Below, one piece after another: positions 39,217 through 48,208 of a DNA stretch of 64,000 bases. A program made the translations under genes and the position numbers. The stretch is taken from assembly GCA_017398695.1 (NCBI GenBank), contig JAFQFG010000193.1, positions 2,542 to 66,541 of the forward strand, given 5' to 3'. A model generated the notes under the pieces. That model had not been told where the DNA came from. It ran no database searches and saw nothing but the letters and a program-made list of their open reading frames with translations. The DNA comes from Alistipes sp. (GTDB taxonomy: Bacteria > Bacteroidota > Bacteroidia > Bacteroidales > Rikenellaceae). The first letter of the stretch is position 1, and every line of letters starts with the position of its first letter.

Positions 39217-39440
39217 AAAGGTAATTTTGGTGTTATACAGGTTTTGTCGGAGGGGTCACATACGTTTGAGTATGCTCCCCCTCTGCCACTCCCTGCAAGC
39301 CTAAAAATCCCACATTTTATACATGTTTTTTAACAAGCCCGAAATGTGATTTTGGTGTCAGAGAGATTTTATCGCAAGGGTCACATACGTTAAAGTAAGC
39401 TCCCCCTCTGCCACTCCCTGCAAGCCTAAAATTATAACCA
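39201..39440. mobile_element. Two tandem copies of MITE-like repeat family B (39201-39331 and ~39332-39440)
   Basis: Share ATTTTGGTGT...GGTCACATAC...GCAAGCCTAAAA with copy 1; 33-bp exact repeat at 39274-39306 and 39399-39431. Confidence 0.7.
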
Positions 39441-39574
39441 TTTGTCATTCAATGCCATTCAGTGAGCGTAGCGAACGATTGTTATTCATTGTCATTGAGC
39501 GAGTGAAAGCGAGCGTATGTCATCTACGTCGACCATCGCAAATTCAAAGTAATACGTTTTAATCTAATCACAAA

Positions 39575-40786
39575 ATGAAAAATGCTCTCTTATCAAGCCT
39601 TTTGGTTCTCTTTGTGACGACTGTTTCGGCACAGACCTTTGTAGCCCCTCAAATGGGCAAGACAGCAATCCGTTTGTTTGACAATACTGCCAAGCGAACA
39701 GAAATAGTTCTCCCGCAGGTAAAGGGCTACACTCTCTACAAGGCTGATTTTCATGTGCATACCATCTACTCGGATGGCGATGTAACCCCGCGCGAGAGGG
39801 TTATGGAGGCGTGGTACGACGGTTTGGATATTGTTGCCATTACCGACCACCTCGAAAAGCGTACCTACGAGAAGTTTATGCTCAAGGCCCTCGCGCCCTA
39901 CAGCAAAGATGGCTCTGCGTTTGTCTATGCCCATGCGGGTGCAGGCAATCCGAAAAATCAGGATGCTCCGATGTTGTGCAATATGAACGCTACGGTCGAA
40001 GAGGCGATTGATTGGGCTGAGCAGAAAGGTTATCCGATAATGGTTGTTCGTGGTACGGAGATTTGGCGCAATCCGAGTACAGTGGGCGAGTATAATGCTC
40101 TCTTTCTAAAAGATATAAATGCGATCTGTGACAAGGATCTCTTCGAGTGTTTCCGCCGTGTCAGGGAGCAGGGCGGCATCATCATCCACAACCATCCTGG
40201 TTGGCGTCGACCGACCATGGAGAAGAGCGAGGAGCAGCAGCGTATCTATGCCGAGGGCTGGGTTGATGGTATTGAGGTCGTAAATGAGGCATATCTCTAT
40301 CCTCAAATGTTGCGTCGTTGCGAAGAGGCGAAGCTCTTTATTGCCGCCAATACCGATACTCATCACCCGACGGCTCAGCGTTGGCCACAGGGTAGTGGGG
40401 TATTCCGCACGATGACATTCATATTGGCAAACGAGAAGAGCGAAGTGGCTATCAAGGAGGCTCTGCTCGATCGTCGCACAATCGGCTACTGCGCAAACAA
40501 TCTGGTCGGTGAGCAGCAGTGGTTGCAGGAGTTTTTCGATGCTGCGGTTGATTGCAGGGTTGTTGGAGAGGATGCCAAGTCAAAATCGAATGTGTACATG
40601 CTGACCAACACCTGCTCGGTGCCGTTTGCTCTGCGTGTAGGCGATACCGTACAAGTGTTGAATCCTTTTCAGGCAATTCGCCTGACGGTATCGAAAAAGA
40701 GGGCATTGCCATTGGATTTTGTGGTCGAAAACATGTGGATTGTCGACGAACAGCATCCAAGACTTACATTGGCCATAGATAAGTAA
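39575..40786 (+). CDS. Secreted PHP-domain phosphoesterase (Sb-PDE-like)
   Basis: Signal peptide; DFHVHTIYSDG, ITDH, NHP, NTDTH metal ligands. Confidence 0.8.
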   Translation: MKNALLSSLLVLFVTTVSAQTFVAPQMGKTAIRLFDNTAKRTEIVLPQVKGYTLYKADFHVHTIYSDGDVTPRERVMEAWYDGLDIVAITDHLEKRTYEKFMLKALAPYSKDGSAFVYAHAGAGNPKNQDAPMLCNMNATVEEAIDWAEQKGYPIMVVRGTEIWRNPSTVGEYNALFLKDINAICDKDLFECFRRVREQGGIIIHNHPGWRRPTMEKSEEQQRIYAEGWVDGIEVVNEAYLYPQMLRRCEEAKLFIAANTDTHHPTAQRWPQGSGVFRTMTFILANEKSEVAIKEALLDRRTIGYCANNLVGEQQWLQEFFDAAVDCRVVGEDAKSKSNVYMLTNTCSVPFALRVGDTVQVLNPFQAIRLTVSKKRALPLDFVVENMWIVDEQHPRLTLAIDK

Positions 40787-40808
40787 TTATCCCACTTCAA
40801 GAAGATAG

Positions 40809-40847
40809 GAGTCTGTCCGATTTGGTGTCGGGCAGACTCTTTGTTTT
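40809..40847 (+). terminator. Intrinsic terminator
   Basis: GAGTCTGTCCGA/TCGGGCAGACTC stem followed by TTTGTTTT. Confidence 0.75.
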
Positions 40848-40920
40848 GTCGAGTTCCCAAAATGTTTTTATCTTTGCACTCGATTTGCGGATTTATATGG
40901 ACATATAAATCTGAAAAAGG

Positions 40921-41733
40921 ATGACAAAGATTAAAGCAAATTGCGTCCTTATCACCGGTGGAGCATCGGGCATAGGTCGCATTATGGGAAGAATGGCACT
41001 CGAGAAGGGTGCAAGTTGTTTGATAATCTGGGATATAAACGAGACCAATATCGCAGCTGCGAAGGCTGAGTTTTCAGCGTTGGGCAGGGTTGAGGGTTAT
41101 GTGGTAAACGTAGCCGACAGTCAGGCCGTGAAGGAGGCCTACAAAAGGGTTAAGGCAGAGTGCGGCAAGGTCGATATACTGATAAATTGCGCCGGTATCG
41201 TGACAGGCAACAAGACCTTCGACAAGCAGACGGAGGAGGAGATTGCTCGCACCATGGAGGTCAATTCGATAGCACCGATGGTTATCGCTCTGCAGATGTT
41301 GCCTGATATGATAGCACGTGACCATGGCCATATCTGCAATATCGCATCGGCTGCGGGTATGATATCCAACCCCAAGATGTCGGTCTATGCAGCCAGCAAG
41401 TGGGCGGTGATTGGTTGGTCGGATTCGGTGCGTATCGAACTTGCTGAGCGCAAGAGTAAGGTGCGTTTTACGACTGTGGCTCCGTACTACATAAACACGG
41501 GCATGTTCGATGGCGTTCGTTCGCGTATTGTGCCGATACTCGACCCCGAGCGTACCTCGCGCAAAATTATCCGAGCCATCGAACATAATCGCGACTTCAG
41601 AGGCATACCGTTCAGTTTTCATCTGATACGTCTGTGTCAAGGATTGCTGCCGGTTGCGTGGTTTGACTTCCTCTTTGGCAAGGTATTCGGAATATTCTCG
41701 ACCATGGACCACTTTACGGGTCGCAAAAAATAG
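40921..41733 (+). CDS. Short-chain dehydrogenase/reductase
   Basis: TGGASGIG, NCAG, YAASK; promoter TATCTTTG at 40869-40876. Confidence 0.9.
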   Translation: MTKIKANCVLITGGASGIGRIMGRMALEKGASCLIIWDINETNIAAAKAEFSALGRVEGYVVNVADSQAVKEAYKRVKAECGKVDILINCAGIVTGNKTFDKQTEEEIARTMEVNSIAPMVIALQMLPDMIARDHGHICNIASAAGMISNPKMSVYAASKWAVIGWSDSVRIELAERKSKVRFTTVAPYYINTGMFDGVRSRIVPILDPERTSRKIIRAIEHNRDFRGIPFSFHLIRLCQGLLPVAWFDFLFGKVFGIFSTMDHFTGRKK

Positions 41734-41745
41734 AGTAGATTAGTT

Positions 41746-43131
41746 ATGATGAAGGTTGAAAATACATCGACAGAGCGCATCAAGGCTTTGGTTGCTGCCC
41801 AGAGAGAGTATTTCCGCTCGGGCGCAACCCTCGACATCGCTTTCCGCAAGCAGATGTTGCGCCGTCTGCAGAGGGCTATGCTGGAGTGGGAACGACCCCT
41901 TGCCGAGGCCCTCTATGCCGATCTGCACAAATCCTACGAGGAGGCATTTATGACCGAGTTGAGTATCGTGACGGGCGAGATTCGCAATCATCTGCGCCAT
42001 GTGGATAGCTGGGCGAGAAGAGAGATCTGTGCAACCCCGCTGAAGATGTTTCCATCGCGTAGCCGTATAGTTTCGGAACCGCTCGGCTCGACACTTATTA
42101 TCGCTCCGTGGAACTATCCCGTGCAGTTGTTGCTCAATCCGTTGGTCGGAGCCATTTCGGCCGGTTGTACAGCTATGTTGAAACCCTCGCCATACGTTCC
42201 GCATGTGGCAAAGGTGCTGGAGGAGATGATCAAAGCCACGTTCGATGAACAGTATATCGCTGTGGTGCAGGGCAATCGCGATGTAAATACAGCACTGCTT
42301 GCCGAGCGATACGACATGATCTTCTTTACGGGCAGCCCCTCGCTTGGGCGAACAGTGATGACCGCAGCTGCCAAGAACTTGACCCCCGTGGTACTCGAAT
42401 TGGGCGGTAAGAGCCCCTGCATCGTTGACGAGGATGCCGATATTGATGTGGCGGCTCGTCGCATCGTGTGGGGTAAGGGCCTTAATGCGGGTCAGACTTG
42501 CATTGCACCCGATTACCTTATGCTGCACAAGTCGGTTAAGGAGCGTTTTATCGAGGCGTTCAAGCGCGAATCACGTCATCTGCATGGTGAGGATGCAAGC
42601 CTCAGTGCGCATTATGTGCGTATGGTGAACGACCGCGCCTTCGAGCGAGTGGCAGGATACTTGGCCGATGGAGTGGTGGTTGCCGGAGGTCGTACCAAAG
42701 CCGAGGAGCGATATATCGAGCCTACGCTGCTCGATAGTGTTTCGGTGGATGCGCCTGTAATGCAGGAGGAGATCTTTGGCCCCATATTCCCGATAGTAAC
42801 CTTCGAGAGCACGGAGGAGGCTATCGACTTTGTTGTCGGTCGCGAGAAACCGCTCGCGCTCTACTACTTTGGCAACACGAAGCGAGGTTGGGAGGTTGTG
42901 CGTCGCACCTCTTCGGGCGGAGCCTGCATCAACGATACGATTATGCATATCGCTAACGAAAATCTGCCGTTTGGAGGTGTGGGTAACTCGGGTATGGGCC
43001 GCTATCATGGCCGTGAGAGCTTTGACGCCTTCTCGCATCGCCGCTCGGTGGTGGTTACACCGACATGGCTCGACCTGCCATTCAGGTATATGCCGTACTC
43101 GCTCTTCAAACTTGTAAAGAAACTGCTGTAA
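41746..43131 (+). CDS. Aldehyde dehydrogenase (ALDH3-like)
   Basis: PWNYP, FTGS, LELGGKSP, GQTCIAPD, EEIFGP. Confidence 0.92.
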   Translation: MMKVENTSTERIKALVAAQREYFRSGATLDIAFRKQMLRRLQRAMLEWERPLAEALYADLHKSYEEAFMTELSIVTGEIRNHLRHVDSWARREICATPLKMFPSRSRIVSEPLGSTLIIAPWNYPVQLLLNPLVGAISAGCTAMLKPSPYVPHVAKVLEEMIKATFDEQYIAVVQGNRDVNTALLAERYDMIFFTGSPSLGRTVMTAAAKNLTPVVLELGGKSPCIVDEDADIDVAARRIVWGKGLNAGQTCIAPDYLMLHKSVKERFIEAFKRESRHLHGEDASLSAHYVRMVNDRAFERVAGYLADGVVVAGGRTKAEERYIEPTLLDSVSVDAPVMQEEIFGPIFPIVTFESTEEAIDFVVGREKPLALYYFGNTKRGWEVVRRTSSGGACINDTIMHIANENLPFGGVGNSGMGRYHGRESFDAFSHRRSVVVTPTWLDLPFRYMPYSLFKLVKKLL

Positions 43132-43137
43132 TACCCA

Positions 43138-44517
43138 ATGAAATTTCAGGAACTCGACATCATAGCCCCGATCTTGAGGGCTGTAGAGGAGAAAGGCTAC
43201 GAAGAACCCACACCAATTCAACAAGAGGCCATTCCGGTGGTGATGGCCGGTAAGGATATATTCGGAATTGCGCGTACCGGTACGGGTAAGACCGCGGCCT
43301 TTGCTATCCCTATCATTCAGCAACTTATGGCTCTGCGTGAGCAGGAGGCGGCAGCACTTGCCGAGCGAGAGGCTGCCGAGCAAGAGGCTCAAAAGGAGGA
43401 GCAACAGAGAGCGGCTGAGAATGCTCAACAAGCGGTAGCCGAGAGTGCAGAGTTACAATCGGGCGAAGACGAAGGGGTGCAGAGTGCGGTTGCCGAGAGT
43501 TCCGAGCCGCAGGTCGAAACCCGAAATCAACGTCGCAGACGCCTCTACCGCGAGCGACAGCGCAAACGTCGTGAGAAGCGCGAGAAAGAGGGTAAGCTGC
43601 CCCACTTTATACGTGCACTGATCTTGACTCCGACACGAGAGCTGGCTCTGCAGATTGATGAGTGCTTTACCGACTACGGCAAATACTCCGGGCTGCGCCA
43701 TACGGCAATCTTCGGAGGAGTGAAGCAACGACCGCAGACCGATGCTTTGCGTAAGGGGGTCGATATACTTATCGCAACACCCGGACGTCTGCTTGACCTG
43801 ATGGGTCAGGGCGAGGTTAAGCTCGATGGATTGCGTACATTTGTTCTGGATGAGGCAGACCGTATGCTCGATATGGGCTTTATTGCCGATATACGTCGTC
43901 TGTTGCCCAGATTGCCCAAGGAGCGACAGACTCTCTTCTTCTCGGCCACGATGCCCGATGAGATTGTGCGCCTATCGCGCTCGATGTTATACCATCCGGT
44001 GCGTATCGAGGTGACACCGGCCTCTTCGACGGTTGATGAGGTTGAGCAGTGTGTCTACTTTGTCGAGAAGCCCGAAAAACGCCAACTGTTGGTCGAGCTA
44101 CTGCAAGAGTATGAGGATAAGTCGGTGTTGATCTTTGCGCGTACCAAGCATGGAGCAGATAATATATCGAAACTCCTGCGCAAGCAGGGTATGCGCTGTG
44201 AGGCTCTGCATGGCGATAAGTCACAATGCCAACGTCAGCGGGCTCTCGAAGAGTTCAAGTCGGGCAAGTCGCGTATAATGGTTGCTACGGATATCGCTGC
44301 TCGCGGTATCGACATCAAGGAGCTTGGTATGGTCATTAACTATGATATCCCCGACATCCCCGAAACATACGTACACCGCATAGGACGTACCGGCCGTGCC
44401 GGATGTGCCGGCATTGCCCTTACCTTCTGCACCCTCGACGAGCACGCTATTGTTAAGGATATACAGCAGCTGACGGGTCGCAAAATTGATACGGTCCTAT
44501 ACGGTGACACTTGGTAG
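43138..44517 (+). CDS. DEAD-box RNA helicase (RhlE-like) with a long charged insertion
   Basis: PTPIQ, TGTGKT, PTREL, TPGRL, DEAD, SAT, ARGID, HRIGRTGR. Confidence 0.92.
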   Translation: MKFQELDIIAPILRAVEEKGYEEPTPIQQEAIPVVMAGKDIFGIARTGTGKTAAFAIPIIQQLMALREQEAAALAEREAAEQEAQKEEQQRAAENAQQAVAESAELQSGEDEGVQSAVAESSEPQVETRNQRRRRLYRERQRKRREKREKEGKLPHFIRALILTPTRELALQIDECFTDYGKYSGLRHTAIFGGVKQRPQTDALRKGVDILIATPGRLLDLMGQGEVKLDGLRTFVLDEADRMLDMGFIADIRRLLPRLPKERQTLFFSATMPDEIVRLSRSMLYHPVRIEVTPASSTVDEVEQCVYFVEKPEKRQLLVELLQEYEDKSVLIFARTKHGADNISKLLRKQGMRCEALHGDKSQCQRQRALEEFKSGKSRIMVATDIAARGIDIKELGMVINYDIPDIPETYVHRIGRTGRAGCAGIALTFCTLDEHAIVKDIQQLTGRKIDTVLYGDTW

Positions 44518-44551
44518 TCGGGTGTGCTGACGATCTGTTTCAGCGTAAACC

Positions 44552-45565
44552 CTAATTGCCGGCTGCAACAATCAATGCAAGTCCGCAGATAAAGAGTAGG
44601 AACATCAGCCCGAGTAACCAATTAACCCCTTTGGATGCTCCTCGGAACTCCTTCCAGACAAATACACCCCATACGGCTGCGACCATCGGTGCCCCCTGGC
44701 CGAGGGCATACGACACAGCGGGTCCGGCCTCGCCCGAGGCGATGTAGCTGAATGCCGTACCCAAGCACCAAATGGCACCTCCGAGCATGCCGACCAGATG
44801 GGTGCTGAGCGAGCCGTGCAGGTAGTCGCTATAGGTTACGCGCTTACCGGCAAAGGGATAGCGCATCACGAGGGTATTGAAGATGATGTTGCTCAATACG
44901 ACACCCACCGAGAAGATAAAGATTGCCGAATAGGGTGTCAGCATGCCGGCTGCCGGCATGCGGAAGTTCGAGACATCCATGCCCATAACCACGAAACGAT
45001 AGAAGAACGACATCAATACTCCGGCAATCACAGCCAACCAGATGCCGCGCGAGTTGTTGTTGGTCTTGCCGCTACCGTCCTTGCGAGAGTTCATGCCCGA
45101 TGCCAAACCGTTGCAGATTATTGCCACAACAATCAGCGCAACACCGACAAAGAGCATTACGGGATGTCCGGAAGGGACTCCCAGGTAGTTGATAATGACT
45201 CCCAATACCAGCGCAATGCCTACTCCCAGCGGAAAGGCAACGGCTAAACCGGCTAACGACACCGATGCCGAGAGCAGGATGTTCGAGGCGTTGAAGATTG
45301 CTCCGCCCAACAAGACCCAGCCGATGCTTCCGCCTGCAGCCTGTCGCAGGTCATCAACAAATGGGCGTCCGGCCGAGCCCCAACTGCCCATCGTGAAGCC
45401 GAGGATGAGCGAAAAGAGAAGCATGCCGATGACATAATCCCAATAGAATAGTTCGTAGCGCCAATTCTTGGCGGTGATTTTTTGTGTATTGCCCCACGAG
45501 CCCCAGCAGAGCATCGTGACAAGGCAGAATATAACTGCCAGCAGATAGTTTTCGACGATAAACAT
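44552..45565 (-). CDS. GRP/DMT family sugar (probably ribose) transporter
   Basis: ~10 TM, CWGSW, ELFYWDY; directly downstream of ribokinase. Confidence 0.75.
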   Translation of the reverse strand: MFIVENYLLAVIFCLVTMLCWGSWGNTQKITAKNWRYELFYWDYVIGMLLFSLILGFTMGSWGSAGRPFVDDLRQAAGGSIGWVLLGGAIFNASNILLSASVSLAGLAVAFPLGVGIALVLGVIINYLGVPSGHPVMLFVGVALIVVAIICNGLASGMNSRKDGSGKTNNNSRGIWLAVIAGVLMSFFYRFVVMGMDVSNFRMPAAGMLTPYSAIFIFSVGVVLSNIIFNTLVMRYPFAGKRVTYSDYLHGSLSTHLVGMLGGAIWCLGTAFSYIASGEAGPAVSYALGQGAPMVAAVWGVFVWKEFRGASKGVNWLLGLMFLLFICGLALIVAAGN

Positions 45566-45588
45566 GGTATCTCTATTTTTGTGTTACG

Positions 45589-46491
45589 TTACTTTATTTC
45601 GATTCGATAGGGTATCGAACTTTGTGCGCCCATGCGTGTTACCGAGATGGCCGAGGCCTTGGTGGCAAAGGTCGCTGCTTCGGAGAGCGTGCGTCCCTCC
45701 GACAGAGCCACGCATAGTGCGCCATTGAATACATCGCCTGCTGCAGTCGTGTCGACAGCCACAACATGTTGTGCAGGTATCAGTTCGTGCTCTCCACCAC
45801 TCTCGGCTACCAGCGCACCGCGAGAGCCGAGGGTGATAATTGCATTGCGGGCACCCATAGCGAGCAGAACCGTAGCTGCAGCCTCGGCACTCTTTTCATC
45901 GTTGATGGAGCGACCTGTGAGTAATTGACACTCGGTGCGATTGGGCGTTATGAGGTAGAGTTTGCCAATCAGTTCGCGTGAGAGCGGGGCTGCCGGTGCG
46001 GGGTTGAGAATAACCTTCGTGCCGGCTCTATGGGCTATATCGGCAGCATACTCGACAACCTCCATCGGTATCTCGAGTTGCAGGAGTAGAAAGTCTGCAG
46101 CCTCGATTTGAGAACGTACCGCATCAATATCCGAACGAGAGAGTGTGTCGTTGGCTCCCGGAGCGACGACGATGCAGTTCTCACCTCGGGCATCGACGGT
46201 GATAAGTGCCACGCCCGATGGTGAGCCGTGTTCGGTGAAGATGTATTCGGATGGGAGATTTTCATCTGCGAAGTGTCGTTGCGACTCCTCGCCAAACATA
46301 TCGTCACCAACCTTGGTGACAAATATTACGTCGCCATCCATCCGCGCTGCGGCCACAGCCTGATTGGCTCCCTTGCCTCCGGCGGTCATCATAAATGACC
46401 CTCCGATGACAGTCTCGCCCTGCTCGGGAATGCGCTCGGTTTTGATAACCAAATCGGTATTCGTACTACCTATCACTACAATTTTTGCCAT
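45589..46491 (-). CDS. rbsK: Ribokinase
   Basis: GGKGANQA, NPAPA, DTTAAGDVF; promoter TAACTTTG at 46568-46575. Confidence 0.93.
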   Translation of the reverse strand: MAKIVVIGSTNTDLVIKTERIPEQGETVIGGSFMMTAGGKGANQAVAAARMDGDVIFVTKVGDDMFGEESQRHFADENLPSEYIFTEHGSPSGVALITVDARGENCIVVAPGANDTLSRSDIDAVRSQIEAADFLLLQLEIPMEVVEYAADIAHRAGTKVILNPAPAAPLSRELIGKLYLITPNRTECQLLTGRSINDEKSAEAAATVLLAMGARNAIITLGSRGALVAESGGEHELIPAQHVVAVDTTAAGDVFNGALCVALSEGRTLSEAATFATKASAISVTRMGAQSSIPYRIEIK

Positions 46492-46661
46492 AATGTTTTC
46501 TCTATTTCGATTAAAACCACTGCATTTATCTTGCCGAAAATAGACTCCTTCAGCAGGCTCTTATTCGCAAAGTTACAAAGTATGGGTAAAAAAGTGTGAT
46601 TTTCTTCGAAAAAATGTCGAAAAAATCGTTTTACGATGCACTCTGTTTGCTATTTTTTGTA

Positions 46662-46789
46662 TATCTTTGCCGAAAATAAGGAGAACTATGAAGCGTTTGT
46701 GCGATTGTGGCTCGGGTGCAAGCCTGCTCGCGGTCGGAGTGAAATCCGAAAGCGGCTATCGTCCATTCTCTCCGTTTCAAAATAGATGA
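46662..46789 (+). promoter_or_regulatory. pyr operon promoter (-7 TATCTTTG) and candidate 33-aa leader ORF (46688-46789)
   Basis: TATCTTTG at 46662-46669; AAGGAG before the ATG; MKRLCDCGSGASLLAVGVKSESGYRPFSPFQNR. Confidence 0.5.
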
Positions 46790-46799
46790 TTAGATATGA

Positions 46800-46829
46800 A
46801 AGGTAGCCTTTACGGGGCTACTTTTTTTT
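46800..46829 (+). terminator. Attenuator-type intrinsic terminator immediately upstream of pyrC
   Basis: AAGGTAGCCTT/GGGGCTACTTT stem plus T8, ending 5 nt before the pyrC ATG. Confidence 0.8.
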
Positions 46830-46834
46830 GTACT

Positions 46835-48112
46835 ATGAGTAAATTGCTGTTAAAAGGTGCAGTGGTACACGCTGCTGATGGGTGCCGAGAGTGCGATGTT
46901 TTGGTTGCAGATGGCGTTATAGCTGCCATCGGTGAAGGGTTGCTGGCCGATAGTGAAACCCGAACGGTCGATTGTCGCGGTAAGCATATTGTGTATGGTT
47001 TGGTCGATGTTCACGTTCATCTGCGTGAGCCCGGCTTTTCGCACAAGGAGACCATCCGTACCGGTACGATGGCTGCGGCTCACGGAGGTTATACCACCGT
47101 ATGCTCGATGCCGAACCTGAACCCCGCCCCCGATACAGCAGAGCATTTGCAGCAACAACTCGATATCATCGAGCGCGATGCCGTAATAGAGGTGTTGCCC
47201 TACGCATCCATAACACTTGGTCAGCTCGGCCATGGAGAGTTGGTTGATTTCGAGTCGTTGAGCGCAAAGGTTGCCGGCTTCTCGGATGATGGCCGAGGTG
47301 TGCAGAGTGAGGAGCTGATGGCTGAGGCCATGCGTCGGGCGAAGGGTGTGGGTAGCCGTATCGTTGCCCATTGCGAGGTGGATAGCCTTTTGCGTGGCGG
47401 ATATATCCACGATGGAGAGTATTGCCGAACGCATAACCATCGCGGTATCTGCTCGGAGAGCGAATGGGAGCAGGTTGAACGTGATATACGTTTGGCCGAG
47501 AAGGTGGGTTGTCAGTACCATGTCTGCCACATCTCGACGCAGGAGAGTGTCGACTTGGTGCGCAGGGCGAAGGCTCGCGGCTTGAATGTAAGTTGCGAAA
47601 CGGGGCCTCACTACCTGCTCTTATGCGATATGGATTTGCAGGAGGAGGGTCGCTTTAAGATGAATCCTCCGCTACGCAGTGCTGAGGATCGGGATGCGCT
47701 GATTGGCGGCATTTTGGATGGAACAATCGAGGTGCTGGCTACGGATCATGCGCCTCATGCTGCGGATGAGAAGGCGAAGGGCCTCGAGCGCAGTCCATTT
47801 GGAATTGTCGGTATCGAGACTGCATTCCCGTTGATGTATACCCACTTCGTAAAGACGGGGCGTATGACATTCGACCATCTGATGGATATAATGTCGGCAA
47901 ATCCGCGCCGACTCTTTGGCTTGGGTGGTAGATTTGCTGAAGGTGAGCGTGCCGACTTGGCGGTGATGGATCTCGATAGAGAGTACGAAATCCGTTCCGA
48001 GGAGTTCTTGTCGATGGGACATAGCACTCCGTTCGAGGGATGGAAGGTGTGCGGAGAGTGTGTGATGACCATCTGCCGCGGAGAGGTGGCGTATGAAAAG
48101 GACAACAACTAA
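46835..48112 (+). CDS. pyrC: Dihydroorotase, class I
   Basis: DVHVHLREPG, MPN, KMNPPLR, TDHAPH; start placed at ATG 46835. Confidence 0.94.
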   Translation: MSKLLLKGAVVHAADGCRECDVLVADGVIAAIGEGLLADSETRTVDCRGKHIVYGLVDVHVHLREPGFSHKETIRTGTMAAAHGGYTTVCSMPNLNPAPDTAEHLQQQLDIIERDAVIEVLPYASITLGQLGHGELVDFESLSAKVAGFSDDGRGVQSEELMAEAMRRAKGVGSRIVAHCEVDSLLRGGYIHDGEYCRTHNHRGICSESEWEQVERDIRLAEKVGCQYHVCHISTQESVDLVRRAKARGLNVSCETGPHYLLLCDMDLQEEGRFKMNPPLRSAEDRDALIGGILDGTIEVLATDHAPHAADEKAKGLERSPFGIVGIETAFPLMYTHFVKTGRMTFDHLMDIMSANPRRLFGLGGRFAEGERADLAVMDLDREYEIRSEEFLSMGHSTPFEGWKVCGECVMTICRGEVAYEKDNN

Positions 48113-48208
48113 AGTTTTTAGAGATCAATTGAGATTCGTCGACCCTAACTAAACTTCGGTAATTAGAGAGAAAACAAAATATAAGAAAAACTTAAAAATT
48201 GAAGAAAG

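Noticed and set aside
39274-39431. 33-bp exact direct repeat as a possible CRISPR array
   Set aside because: Only two copies, 125-bp period, the intervening DNA is itself homologous, and there are no cas genes.
46796-46834. Upstream in-frame ATG for pyrC
   Set aside because: It runs through the terminator hairpin; the dihydroorotase-like sequence begins at MSKLLLK (46835).
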